This document shows positions 29,055-43,277 of a stretch of DNA of 64,000 nucleotides, in pieces. A program made the position numbers and the translations under genes. A model generated the notes under the pieces. It searched no databases. It saw only the letters and a list, made by a program, of their open reading frames with translations, and was not told the DNA's origin. Every line of letters begins with the position of its first letter. Within the stretch, counting starts at the first letter, position 1. Source of the DNA: Eledone cirrhosa. Lineage: Eukaryota. The stretch is taken from positions 279,806,001 to 279,870,000 of the forward strand of contig OZ024741.1 of NCBI GenBank assembly GCA_964016885.1, read 5' to 3'.

Positions 29055-29117
29055 TCAAAGTTTTAGCTTAGTTGCTTCATCTGTCAACCAGATGAAGCAA
29101 CTAAGCTGAAACTTCGA
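29055..29117. repeat. Palindrome (29-bp arms, 5-nt loop) with hammerhead-like arms
   Basis: The right arm reads CAGATGA-AGC-AACTAA-GCT-GAAAC; the left arm is its near complement. Confidence 0.75.
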
Positions 29118-31104
29118 TGTCACTGTCACTTTTCTACTTTGAAAATAAATTTCTTCACTCTATCCACCAGTATTTAGTAGTCAATCAGTTAATGTTTGAA
29201 TGTTTTAAACACTATGGTATTTTAAGCACACATTCTAATATTATTACTTTTAGTAATAATAAAAAATTAATATTTCATAACCTTGATTATTTCCTAAACC
29301 AGGTTTTGTTTATAATGTCCATACATTAATATATTTTTACAACTGGCTTGATAACCAAAAATAAAATGGCTTAATAGATAAATCCCTTATATTCAACAAT
29401 ATTCTAAAAAAATAAAAAATAAAAAAATAAAAAAACTATGAGCATTTTGTAATATATTTTCCAATAGCAAGAATTGTTGGTTGCATTAACTATTAAACTG
29501 ATAGAAAATTCAAAATCAATTTTCATATTAAACATTGATATGCAAATTACGTTTTGTTACATACAGTCAGCCAGAAATAAAAGCAGCCCCATTACAGTTC
29601 TGATGGAGAATATCACTTAGTGCTGAGGTTTAAAGTGAATTAGCTAATAAAAACTTTCTAGCAAATTTGAATGTATGTGTGTGCATGTTTACATATATAT
29701 ATATATATACACACACACATATACATATCTACATACACACATATGTACATATATATATATATATATATATACATGTACATGTAATATATATATACACATA
29801 TGCATATACATACACACACACACACACACATATATAGTACTGAAGTTGATATTTTTTTTCACCAGCCATACAATACTATAAAAAATTGATGATGTTATCT
29901 CATATCTACAAAGAGTGACAGCTAGAGTAAAAAATATATAACGGGTGGGGGGAAGACAAGAATCATATGAATGTAAGGTCATGTACAGAGGTATCATTTA
30001 TTTTTCTATGTACCCAGACTAATAATTTTATGATAGAAGCTGTATCCAAGCTGAAAATAACAGAGGCCTTTGTCAATAAAAAGAGAACAACAGCCCAAAC
30101 TAGAAATAATAATAAACTTTATCTAACATTTAATAGCAAACCATAAAGTGCACACACACATACAAAATATCTCCATAAAGTTTTCTAGTGATATATATGC
30201 TAATCTTAATAGCTACGACACAAAGAGAAGTCCATTGAAATGTCTGATTTGAATTCAAAGAAGGGATTGCTTATAATCCAAGACATTAGACATTCAAGAA
30301 TGCAACTGAGTCAATACTAAATGCAGAGTTGATGTAAGACTAACATTTTTATATATTTATTTTGTCGGTTTTTCCTTTAAGCTATATTTATTCTACAGCC
30401 AGAATTCATTGATTTTTATCAAGGTAAAATTGCTACTGTTCTTTCAAAAGGTAGTGTTCTTTCATCATGTTTGTTATGGTCATTAAGTAATAAAAGCAAT
30501 TTTCTACACTATTAATTGTATTTATTAGTAACCTAGTCCTGAATAGCTATTTAGAAATGTAGATTGTATCGCCAGTATGAATGCAGTGTTCTATTTCAAT
30601 TTATCCAATAAAAAAAACAGCAATGTTATGTATGTTATCTAGAGCATGTTTTTTTTTCTTTTATTTAAAATGGCTGATATATTTCTGTTAGGTAAACAAA
30701 CCAATATAATAATAATTTTAAAAGAAAAAAAAATGTAGGCAAATCAATTAGGAATTATCATCATCATCATTTTTATGTCCACTTTTCCATGCTGGCATGG
30801 GCTGGACAGGATGCTTTGAGACAATGTTTTATAGCCAGATGCCCTTCCTGATGCCAATCCCTTTAGTTGCCTCTTAAAATTTTAAACATTTTGGAAATTC
30901 AGATGTTAATTTCGGAAAGCTGTGTATTGCGAAAGGTCATCAAAATGCACAAGAACAAGTGTAAGGAAACATTACATCATTAGATGTTAATTTAAGCAAC
31001 TGTTATTACAAAATCTTACTGAAAAGAATTCTGAAAACATGTTATCTTCTTACATAGCCAGGACTGAAGAGGTTTATAGGTGAAAGAAAGAGAGAGTGTA
31101 TAAT

Positions 31105-31552
31105 ATTAATTGTTTCTACTTTTGGCACAAGGCCAGAAATTACCCAGAGCATTACTGGTACTTTATTTTATCGACCCTGTAAGGATGAAGGCAAAGTTAA
31201 CCTCGGCGGGATTTGAACTTAGAATGGCAAGGGCCGTAACTCTATGCATCAAAACATGGCGTCCGACCCTCTACCGATACTGCCAATGTATAATATTAAG
31301 GCCAATGGGAAAGGCATGAATGACAAGTAGTAGGTTGGTGGATTAGTAGTATCGGTAGAGTGTTGAACAATATGCTTTACGGCATAGAGTTACGGTTTTT
31401 TATGTTCTGAGTTTAAATCCCATCCAGGTTAGCTTTGCCTTTCATCCTTACTAGGTCGATAAAATAAAGTACCAGTCACGCACTGGGGTCGATTTAATTG
31501 ACTTTCCCCTCCTCCAAAATTACTGGCCTTGTGCCTAAATCTGAAGCCATTA
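31105..31552. mobile_element. Two SINEs of the 45745 family in opposite orientation (- ~31105-31286, + ~31335-31552)
   Basis: Diagnostic CCTTTCATCCTT...GTCGATAAAATAAAGTACCAG block on each strand. Confidence 0.8.
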
Positions 31553-31964
31553 ATGACACAAGTAAGGTAAACTGGGTACAAACAGAAATTGAATTAAAAC
31601 TAAAAAGTTGACATTGCCTTGATATTTGCTACATTATTTTATTAAATAATTATCCAAGGGATTACAATGTTGAGAATAAAAATACCAAATGATAAAAATC
31701 AGATTAATGGTTAAATAAAGCAGAAAATTTGTTAAAGTTATTTTTTAATGATATTATATGTTTCTTCTAAGCCTGCAATAAATAAATGTAATTGGTAACT
31801 AAGAATAATGTAAATTACTCCAAGATAATGTGTGTGTTCATTGAAGTTGTGTAGTCCAGTTCATGCCAGTGTGGAGAGCAGATGTAAAATGATGATAATC
31901 ACTAATTAGTTGACATTTCTCCCTGTCGCACATTCATTCAGGCAATAAGACACATAAGCTGAAT

Positions 31965-32270
31965 GTAAAACCTTGGTTGATGAGCTTAATTCACTCCGAA
32001 ATGTCGTTTGTTACCTGAAATATTCATAAACCAAAACTATTTTTCCCATACGAAATGTTGAGAGCGAGACTGTGTAAAAGACAGATAGATATCACGATAG
32101 TAGCTAACTACACAGCAAGTGACATTTTCCCGCCTAAACTCCAAGCTTGTTGCCAACCGTTATTGCTGGCTTGCGTGTTCATTACTTGAGACACCATTCG
32201 TGAACTGCGATGTTTTATGTACGGAAAAATTGTTCATGATGAGAGGCATTTCTGAACCAAGATTCCTCTG
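31965..32270. mobile_element. Older copy of the Tigger/pogo-like MITE at 45378
   Basis: Internal similarity to 45378-45706; right end AACCAAGATTCCTCTG-TA. Confidence 0.7.
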
Positions 32271-32819
32271 TATTAATACAACAATATACATAAGCTGGAT
32301 GTAAACAGTTTTGTTTCATATGCTGGGACCATAGTATAATGCTTCTAATACACTGCAAAGTGAGTGGCATTAGGAATGGCAACCAGCCATAGAAACCAAG
32401 CTGAAATCCAAGTGCATGAGCAATAAATGGTCACCTGAATAGTCTAGCTTCAGTACGTGACAATCTGTCTAACCCACACATAGAAAATAGATGTTATTTG
32501 ATGATGCTAATGATGATGATGTCACCGATGTAAACAGTTCAAACCCTGCATATACACATATGCATACACACACTGTTGAAAGTTCTTTATTTGCAATGTT
32601 ATGTTCAGCGGAAGTATGTTTTACTGAATGAACAGTTATGTTGGCAATAACTGCTATTTACGAACATATTTCTGGAGCTGATCCTTTAATTAGACTTTAA
32701 CATTTACACCACACATTACTGACTACCCTCCTGTCTGGAAGAAGTCTTAATCTCACTGAAACGACAACAGAGCTCAAGTTCTATTGGTGATATATTAGCA
32801 GGAAAAACGGACACTAAAC

Positions 32820-32852
<33 letters not shown>

Positions 32853-34479
32853 CTCCCACACATAAAAACAACCATCTCTTTCCCCCTTTCTCTCTCTCCT
32901 CCTCACTCAATGAAAAATTAATCCCATTTTATCACTGAAATCTACAATTATTTCCTTTTAATCAAAGTCGTGGAAGATACTGCTTTCTGACAAAACCTTT
33001 AGAATGGAAGGGTTTAAGATAAAATTAAATACCGTTAAAAACATCTTAACATTTCTGACAAATAAAGAGCATAAAAACAGAAATAAGCAAGCAATAACAT
33101 CTTTTAAAACACTGTTTGGCAGTAAAAGACTGTCGGTCTTAAATAGTTACATTCAAACTGACAGTGATGTTAGATGACATGTGCAAGATTACACTATCAC
33201 ACTGGCAGAACACATTTCTATCGATTGCTACAACATACAATTAGTTTTCAAATCCAAACGAAAAAGATTTTCGCAAATCCAACTGGGCGGTGTGCATAAA
33301 AGGGGAGGGGAATGCAGGTAACGTTTTGATATTTTAACCTTCTGCCATTCAAACTAGAATAAGAAAAATTGAAGATAAAAGAGTTACATTAAAGAAATGG
33401 GAAAATAGAACTTTGTAGCATGTGTGCCTATTCAAAGAGAATTAAAATTGAAAGGATGACATTTTGTGTGAGAATAAAAACTAGCATAGGAAAACTACTG
33501 CTACATCACTTACCTATTATATTTCTGGTAGTAACAGCATAGATCAATGAGAGAATTTATAAATAACCTTTCATTGCATCATCTAGACCTACAATCCATG
33601 TGTCATAGGCTTAAGCTTTATGAGTGTCTGTGCCATGGTGGTTTGTAATCTAAAACGGATTAGCTGAGCTACAACAACATTTTACAGATCATATTATGCA
33701 TACAAGAAAAGCTGTGAGCCAATCATGTTTTGATATTTTAGATTTTATCAACTGGGCACATATTGAATTCAGACCTTTGATCAAGGGATTTTACTTTCTG
33801 GTAACCTACAATTAGCCTGTGGACAGCTGTTCCCAACTGAACCTTCTTTTATCCCTTTATTGGTTTCAGTCATTGGACTGTGGTCATGCTGGGAAATTGC
33901 GTTCTTTTATTCTCAAATATCTTATACATGAGTTTTTCATATTATAAAAACAATTATGGACCCTATTTTAAATGGATCAGAAATTATAGTTTACCCAGCA
34001 CTGAGTTAACAGTCTAAAAAGTGAATTTCTTTACTTAAAGACAATAACATGCTGATCAGTATTTTTGAAATATAACTATGTATTGGAATGGAATAGAATA
34101 GAATGGAATAGACATGTTGGTTTTGATAATGAATGTTCCAGTTGTTTCATCAATGGAACAGCTTGTTCATGAAATTAACATGTAAGTGGCTGAGTATTCC
34201 ACAGATATGCGTACTTAATGTAAATCTCGGAGATTCAGAAAGATACAATATATGACAAAGCTAACCCTTTGAAAACAGGTACAGTTCATCCCACAGGTTC
34301 CCAAACAGTTTCTGTTCACTTTTTTCTCTTTCTAGGGGTTTATATGCCCAACTTGTTTGACTATTCTATAGTTTGTCAAACTTGTGTTGTACCAGCTTAC
34401 TATATACTAACAAACTTACAATATATAACAAACTAAAGTAAATAGGAAAAACATGCAATATTTCATAGAATTACACATT

Positions 34480-34642
34480 TATAGAGACTTCAAACAGTTT
34501 CTGCCTACCCAATTTCACTTACAAGGCATAGGCTGACCTGAGGTTATGGCAAATGACACTTGCCCATGATGCCATACAGTGGGATTGAACCCAAGACTTC
34601 ATGATTACCAAGTGAAATCCATAACCATTTGGCCATGCTGTC
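34480..34642 (-). mobile_element. tRNA-derived CORE-like SINE, decayed
   Basis: Minus strand reads TGGCCAAATGG ... GGGTTCAATCCC ... TGGGCAAGTGTC. Confidence 0.65.
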
Positions 34643-36739
34643 TCCACTGTATGGATATAAAGCAAACAAAGCAGGTTTCATTATATTTCTCTGACAACCA
34701 ACAATCTTTTTAAAATCTGTTGGTTACTAACCGCAGTTTTTGAAATTTGATTGCTTTGAAACTAACCAAAAATAAAAATCTAACCCCATTCCATATGAAA
34801 GCAGCTGTTCCTTTGATATTTCTCATAGTACAAAGAACTACTTTGGATCAAGAGTATTTGTAACTGGAGATTGGAGTTTTAGAAACAATAAAATAAATAC
34901 TTGAAATAGAACAAAACAAATAAATTACGATTTCTTACATCAACACAAGTTCAAAATTTCTTTTTGGGAAGAGAATAGGATGAATTAAATTGCTCCCTAG
35001 TAAATTGACGCTGACATAATTCTAACCTAGAATTTAGTGTAATGAAACTAAATGCAATAACAAAATTTGTCCCATGCCAAAACTTACCATTGTAATAATA
35101 TAGTAATAGTGTGTAGGAGAGAAAGAGAGAGAGAGAGATAGTCTTAGCCACCAAAAATAGAGAATCAAATGTTTCAGAATTTGTTTCACTACTATTGAAA
35201 TAGCAACTAGTAACTAACTTTAAGGCACTATAGGATTACTGGATAGATATTTTTTTTAAATAGCAAATAAAACCTTTTCTTTTTGTCTTTTCTTAACCAT
35301 TCACCAGGACTACAAATAGAAAACTACTTCTTAATTCAGAATGTTTCATAATATCTTATTACTTAGGAGTATTACTAGAAGGATTATTTCTAAGAATTGT
35401 AATACTCCCTGGGAAATGGTTTATTTTGAAATGGTAAAAGAAATCCTCAAATTGTTGAGTTCTGTGAAGATTAAGTAACTTAACAGAACTAAATTAAAAG
35501 CTGTTTTGCATAAAAAATAACAATAAAAGTTGCCATCAACAAAGGGTAGTGGAATTGCAGAAATGTTAGAGTGTTGGTCATAATACTTTGCAGTATTTGT
35601 TCTGCCTCTTTACATTTCATCATGAGTTTGCTCATAAACTGGACTAAAGTGTTAAAAAAAAAAAAAAAATTGTTTTATGAAACATTGAGCAAATTTGAAT
35701 TTTGAAAATAAGTTAGCTTATATTAAGCTACTACAACGCAGATTTGACTATAAAATATTTGAAAAAAATGGAGCATATAAATCGCTAAGTTTCACAGGCG
35801 ATTGCCCACATTTGTCGGCCACCAATTTGTGAGGATGGGAGAAATCAATTACATCAATCCCAGTTCATGACTGGAACTTGATTTTACTGACCCAAGAAGG
35901 ATGAAAGGCAAAGTTGATCTTAGTGGGATTTGAACTAAGAATGTAAAGGTCTGTAACCAAATGATGCAAAGTATTTCGTCTGATGCTCTAACAGTCTTGC
36001 CAATCCACCACTCTAATACTTTCAAAATATAATAAACAAAAACAAATATGAAATGAAATGAAATGAAATGAAATGAAATGAAATGAAATGAAATGAAAAA
36101 CATGCAATATTTCATAGAATTATACGTTTATAGAAATTTCTATTGGTCTGTGCCAATTTTGATAATAATAACATTCTGGGAAAAATCAAGCTGTTCTAGA
36201 AATCTTTTACTGATTGAATCATGATAAATTTAGGCTACAGTAGGAATTGGCTGCCAAAGAATCTATTTACTTTTCTATTAACTTTTAGACAGCAATCATC
36301 CTAATGAAATATTCTACCAGGTCTAAAAAAAAAATGTTTTATTTTTACTTTACTGTTTTGCAAGACTTAATATTCATGGACTTTCTGATTTATTTGTATA
36401 TGCCGACCAAAATACACACCAACATAACATTATGGAATATTTTGACTAACAAGGTGAAAATAAATGAATATATGACTATGGGGTTAAGGAGTTCTATCAC
36501 TCATTCACACACACACACACGCACACACACACACACACACCATTTTATATTTGATTTCCATGCTGGCAATGGTTTGACAAGTTGTCATGGTTTAAGACTA
36601 GACTAGTCAGAGAACCATGTTTTGCTCATATCCATATTTTAGCTTGGTTTTTATGGCTGGATGCCATTCCTAATGCCAACTACTTTGCAGAGCACACTGG
36701 GTGCTTTTGTTGTGGCACCAGCAGAAAGTGCCTGGTCCG

Positions 36740-37144
36740 CCATGTGGAGTGGTCAGGTTGGTAGTTTGGCATGACAATAAACGCCCAACTCGCCCTGTAA
36801 AGTGGGTGTGACTACGACATGACAAAAGCACCCAGTCCACACTGTAGGGTGATTGTTTTAGTGCCACGACTAAAAGTACCCAGCCCACACAGTAAAGTAG
36901 ACGGTGACACAACAAAAAGCACACAGTCGAAACTGTAAAGTGGTCGTTTTGATGTCACAATAAAAGGTACCCAGTCCACACTGTAAATGTAGTTGGCATT
37001 AGGAAGGGTATCCAGCTGTAGAAACCAAGCTAGAAACAGTTCTGTGTGAGCAAGACATGGTCATATGATCCGACTTGTCTCGCGCAAAACAACCCCTCTA
37101 CTCCACGCTAGTGTGAAAAATGGTCATTAAATGATGATGATGAT
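36740..37144 (+). mobile_element. RTE-related non-autonomous element with ~5 tandem ~45-bp subunits
   Basis: Repeated AAAAGCACCCAGTCCACACTGTA units, then TAGGAAGGGTATCCAGCTGTAGAAA and a (GAT)n tail. Confidence 0.75.
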
Positions 37145-39450
37145 TATATATATACAGAGAGAGAGAGAGAAAAATTATATCCAACCAAAAACTAAACAGA
37201 CCTCAAGTACTTGCTTTTACAGCCCAGAGGGCACTAGAATTATAAAAGGAGAGAGAGTTCCATATAACTGTGCAGAAATATAGATACAGACTTAGAACAG
37301 TACAGAAATATAGATAGATACAGACTTAGAAATAGAACAGCATAATAAAATTGCCCTTTCAAATCTGACTGGTGATTGCAAGAGGACAAATAAATAAAAA
37401 TGTTGAGAAAGCAAAACAAAGAAAGAGAAAAGTAAAGAAATGAAAGAAACCACCAACAGCTGCTGTGAACATAAAGATATAGGGTTTATTACAAACCAGA
37501 AAGTTGATAATTCAGTCAACCCATGCAGGTGTAGAGAATAGCATCCTTTTTGCACAGAGAGCAAGAAAGAAAACAAAGGAAAGAGAGAGGGAAGGAGAGA
37601 GAAAGTTTTGATAGAGTCCCAGAATCTTATATTAAAGTAACTCATTAATACATCACAGTGAAGAAGAATGATATAAAAGATATGCTAGTCACAAACAAAT
37701 GGGGGGGGGGGGGGGGGCTCAACAATGATTCATGTAATACTACCAAGTTAATTAAAGCAGAGCCCAGCAAAGACTAATTCTTCATATATATATATATATA
37801 TGTGTGTATGATCATGTGAAGGGGGTAGGGATTGTATCTGGATAGCAACTGACCTACTTCAAAATCAATCTCTTCTACCAGCTGTGTCATAGGCTTCAAC
37901 ACCATTTCTCTAGCATTCAAAATTAAAAACAACCAAATTATCAATTCACAAACATGTTTTCCAGGAATGGATATTTACACTGAATAAGTTCATTGATAAG
38001 TCACAGTATTTTTAATTTAAAAAATAAAGATGAAATAAACAAAATAATTAGCCATGAAAAGCTGCATGCAACTAATCTACCAAACCTTGTTCTGGGATCG
38101 CTTTTGATACCAACCCAGTAAAAACCAGCACTTGTTTTATGAAAGAAAAAATCATCCATTTTAACTCATTCTAATGTTCATGAATTCATTATTGAAGAAT
38201 TTGGAGAGATTTACTAATGTTAAGGTATTGTTCTCAAAATAAATATCAAACACTCATAAATTCGATATTATGTGATATAATTATGTGAGGTAAAGCCTTT
38301 ACTATGAAAATATAATAGTAAATATTGAGTAATGTAAATGCTAAAGGGTTAAGATGGTATTTGTAACATAACAAAAGTAAAATTATGCTGAAAGGTTTTG
38401 ATTTAAATAGATACCCTTTACAATGGGTGGTTTTGTATTATAGAACCAGAGGTGGTTTGGGGTAGGTTAGTATCAAAAGGGTTCCTATTTAAATTAAAAA
38501 AGTCCAACATAATCCCATTTAAGAACCATATGTTAAGTTACTATCTGAGTAATGAAATAATATTTTTAGTAAATCCTTGAAAATTCTTCATTAGTTGAAA
38601 TACAGCACTAGTGGGTTTGATTTGTATCACACAAGACTAAAGTGTACTCACAGTCCTGGGTTATATATCTATTGAAAGCAATGTGACAACACCATATGGT
38701 ATTTGATAAATACTTTATAATTATTAACTTTTAATGTTCTGTAATCCATGAAACCACATTCACAAGACATTCTTGAAAAGTATAAAACAGCCCTATGACT
38801 GTGTCACATTACAATTTGAATTCTTTAATACTGCAAATGTTCACAATAACCTGTACACAAGTCAAGATACTATAACCATATGAATTAATGGACTTGCTTT
38901 TAGACATTTTCTGCTAAATTGTCACAGGATGCTAAGAGTTTATAACATTTTTCCAATTTTATTCTCGTAAATAATAATAATAATGAGCAGCGTGTTTTCC
39001 AGGAATGGATATTTACACTGAATAAGTTCATTGATAAGTCAGTTTTTTTAATTTAAAAAATAATGTATCTTTAACAATTTTGTCAACCCATTACCCCTGG
39101 ACTGAGACTTTATTTAACGATCTTGAAAGGATGAATGGTAAAGTTGACCTTGGTGGGATTTGAACCCAGAGAACAGAGAACCAGAACAAATTCTGATGCT
39201 TTAATGACTGCCAATTTGCTGTCATATATATATATATCATCATCATCATCGCTTAACGTCCATCTTTCTTCCACGCTAGCATGGGTTATATGGTTTTGTT
39301 CCATTTGATGCAGGAATGGTTGGGAGACCATGCCTCACTCGCATTTATAAGAGAGAGAGAGATTTATGTACGTATTTGTATGTATGCAAAAAGGAAACAA
39401 TACAGTACAATGAAGATATTAGTTTAATGCTTGATATAGTAGGAAAAGAG

Positions 39451-39486
39451 TCTTAATATTTCAGACATTAGTCCTTCATCAGAAGA
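39451..39486 (-). ncRNA. Minimal type I hammerhead-like motif (PLE pseudo-LTR type)
   Basis: UCUU-CUGAUGA-AGGAC-UAAU-GUCU-GAAA-U-AUU-AAGA: intact core boxes, 4-bp stem I, vestigial stem III. Confidence 0.6.
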
Positions 39487-40408
39487 ATAAGTAAAAGAAA
39501 AAGCAAGATAAACAAGAGGAAGAGGGAGAAAGCACATGCGTTTAGTTAGAGAGAGAGAGTGCGCGCATGTGTGTGCATACATGCACATGTTCATCTCTAC
39601 ATCAGGTCCAGTATATAGCGATTCCCTGTGAAATGTTTGCTGCATTCTTGAAAGCTTTGCTATAGTTTTGTAACTCTAATCTTTTACAGATTGTTTAATG
39701 TGTGTGTGTGGATATATATATAGTGTGTGAGTAGAGAGGGGGGGGGGGATGCGGGGATGAGCAGAGATTGCTAAAGATTGCTGAATTATGCAGAAATATA
39801 ATCATATTTGACATGGATGTCTTATATTAGATCAACTAGCTACTTTGTCTGATCTTCTACCTAATAATTCAGTTCCAAATAATGTACTGGAACAGAGAAC
39901 CAAGTTAGCTAAGAATATATTCATCTTTTCTCTCTATCTGTCCTTGTATGCTTTTCTCATCTGGTGGCAATGTTATAAGAGTTAAAGTAATTTTAAAAGT
40001 GCAGCAGTAAATAATTGTAAGCATCATTTCTTCGAGAGATTATATTTATAACTTTTACAGATGTAAAACAATTATATTGCTTTTGAAATCCTTAGCAATC
40101 TCCTAACCTGGATACCAAACCTTATCTTAATTCAACGCAACACCCATTCTGAGTATAAACAGATTTATGGAAAATATTATTGTTTCAATTTCTTATCTAA
40201 GCAATCAAATCCTCCCAAACCTTTTCTGCACTTATCGATACCGTGGTGATAGGGATAATAATAATTATTATTTCTATTGACCTGTGGGGGAAAGTGAATT
40301 GTTTCAGTGTAGAGTAAATAAATCCAGTTAAATTTACTCTTAGTATATTCCATTTATTTTTTAGATCCTACAATGTTGCAAAATAAAGACAACTCCAGTA
40401 AGATTTAA

Positions 40409-40749
40409 CCCATTTGATACCAACCACCTGAAACCACCCTAGTCAGAACTGCCTGGTTTAAAGTGTTTATACTTATATTAAAAACTAGCATCTTAATTAA
40501 ATTTTAAAATTTGAAGAATTAAATAAAATTAATACACACAGGCAGTGTATTTCATTAGAAATATGCCAACAAAAGAGTTAGTGTTCATACTTATATTAAC
40601 ATTTTCCATCGTAATTTTATTGAAGACATTTTTGTTAAATAATGTTTCAAACATCAGCTTACTAATGAAATTATTAGTTATTTCCTTGATTTCTTCAAAT
40701 TTTCAAAATTAAGGCACCGTATTTCATTAGAAATTCGGTATCCAAACGG
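40409..40749. mobile_element. piggyBac-like MITE, TTAA-flanked, possibly composite
   Basis: TTAA-CCCATTTGATACC ... GGTATCCAAACGG-TTAA. Related ends occur at ~38100-38483. Confidence 0.5.
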
Positions 40750-41511
40750 TTAAATATAAATCTTAGAGAAATGAAACTATCATAAGTTAATGCTATCACC
40801 ACCCTCATGTACTAGTGCCAGCCTTGGAATGGAAACTGTTTTTTCAGACAACACAAATCAACAAAACATAATTTAATTGCCATTGCAACTTGTTCAGGCT
40901 TTATTTTAATTGTCATATACAGTATCTGCCTTTATTATAAAGTAAGTTGAGGGCAGTGGATTGGCAAAATTGTTAGAGGTATTTAATTACAACTCTTTAT
41001 GTTGAGTTAACTTTGCCTTTCTTTTTTTCTGGGGTCGATAAAATAAAGCACCGGTGAAGTACTGAAGTCAATGTAATCGACCTTCCCATCCCCACAAGTT
41101 GCTATACTTATACTTAACCCTTATAAGGCATGTTGTCATACAAACACTTTTAGTAATTAAAAAACAACAAAAACAACAAAAAACAATAGTAAATAGGAGA
41201 ATAGTAGCAAGATAAATGCATTTTCATCTATGTGAGAATTATTCAGTAACTAGCTGAAAGCTATTGCCCATAACCATTTTATGTTAAAAACTGATCAACC
41301 TGGACACATACTGAAGATCCAATTTCTAACAGCTTTTACCAAACTAATAGCTGCAATATGAATAACTACATATAATCGATTATAAACAACTGATTTACAG
41401 AGTAGCTAGCTGCCTGGTATGAAATCTGAATGTTTCAAGTTCTGTTTGAAAAACTAAAACAAATAAAACAACAAAAGAAAACAAAATAAAAGCAAAATAG
41501 TAATAATAATA

Positions 41512-41692
41512 ATAATTGTTTCTACTTTAGGCACAAGGCCAGCAATTACCCAGTGTATTACTGGTACTTTATTTTATCGACCACGTAAGGATGAAAGGCA
41601 AAGTTAACCTCAGCGGGATTTGAAATCAGAATGGCAAGGGCCGTAACTCTATGCGTCAAAGCATGGCGTCCGACCCTCTACCGATACTGCCA
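41512..41692 (-). mobile_element. SINE of the 45745 family
   Basis: Close reverse-complement match to 45745-45929. Confidence 0.85.
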
Positions 41693-41862
41693 AAAGACTG
41701 TCTTGTAAAACACTAGGTCTGGAAACTATCAACATGTATTTAATAAAGCAGGTAAACTCTGGAAATGTTATGCTCTCTTGTCCAGACACACTATATTTGA
41801 AGCTAACACTACAAACAAGAAAAATATTCATCAGTTCTATACACTACCTAGTTTATATATAT

Positions 41863-43230
41863 AGACCGGCTGCCCATGGGAACTCCTATACGCAGATGAT
41901 CTAACGCTCATAGCTGAATCAATGGCTCAACTAGAGAAGAAATTCCAAACATGGAAGCACCATGCTTAGAATCAAAAGGCCTTAAAATTAACCTGTTTAA
42001 GACTAAAGTTCTAGTTTGTAGGAAGGAAAATAGGGCACTGGTCCCATCTGGGAAATGGCCATGCTCAGTGTGTAGGAAAGGAGTAGGCAGAAACTCGATT
42101 TTATGCCCCAAATGTAAAGTATGGGTGCATAAAAGATGTAGTGGGATCACAGGTAAGCTAACTAAGAATATAGATTTTATATGTGGCCGGTGCTCAGGTG
42201 CAATAAGTAGCAGCAAGTGCCCACAGAATACTAGCTCATTCCATTGCACAGATGGTTCTATAGAAATAGTGGACACCTTCCGTTACCTGGGTGACAAAAT
42301 CAGCAGTGGTGGAGGGTGCTCTGAAAGTACAGTAGCTAGAGTCAGAACGGGATGGAAAAAGTTCAGAGAGCTTATACCACTATTGGCCGCTAAAGGGTTC
42401 TCTCTAAAAATGAAAGGCAGACTGTATGATGCTTGCATACGAACAGCAATGTTACATGGCAGTGAGACTTGGGCATTGTGTGCAGAGGATATACGCAGAT
42501 TGGAGAGGCACGAAGCTTGCATGCTCCGTTGGATGTGTAATAGTAATATACATGAACAGCAAAGCATAAATGAACTAAGGGAGAAATTAGGAATAAGAGG
42601 GATCAGATGTTGTTTACTCGAGAGAAGACTACGTTGGTATGGTCATGTGATGCGCATGAAAGACGACAGCTGTATAAAAAAGTGCAGGGCGATAAAAATA
42701 GATGGTAGCCACGGAGTAGGCAGACACAGAAAAACCTGGGACGACTTGATAAATTCCAACCTCACACACTTACACCTCTCCAAGACAATGTCACTGGACT
42801 GAGATCTTTGGCACTACACAGTAATACAGAAGACCCGCCTTGCCTAAGTACAAAGCGAAACCTACAGTCAGTAGGCACCTCTTAACAAAAATACACCCCC
42901 GTCCCACTAATTCCACCCCATCCACACCACCCCTTTCGATGTAAAGTTATGTTGGTTGGTACCACAACATCCAGTCCAAAATAAATGAGGTCGTGTAGGT
43001 GTCACGACAAAAAAACACACAGTCTACGCTGTAATGTGGCCGTGTAGGTAACACGGTAAAAACCTCCCAGTCCACACTGTAAACGTGGTTGGTGTTAGGA
43101 GGGAATCCAGCCGTAGAAAACCCGTCAGACGGTCCTATACGAGCAAGACAACCAATCTTGCCTCAAGTGGGAAAATTCCCGTCCAAACCCATGCAAGTGT
43201 GGAAGATGGATGTTAAACGATGATGATGAT
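41863..43230 (+). mobile_element. 5'-truncated RTE (family B): RT end, PHD finger, long 3' UTR
   Basis: [11 protein letters not shown], then a frameshift into ORF 41951-42802. (GAT)n tail; (TA)n on both flanks. Confidence 0.92.
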
Positions 43231-43277
43231 ATATATATATATATAAAAAAAAGATCCGAAAGCATGGTATAAATTTC

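Noticed and set aside
33515-33588. Candidate upstream REEP exon (GTAAGT donor on the minus strand)
   Set aside because: Stops in all three frames and no REEP similarity.
36770-37020. Regularly spaced repeats resembling a CRISPR array
   Set aside because: The units are degenerate subrepeats of an RTE-related tail with related spacers, in a eukaryotic context with no cas genes.
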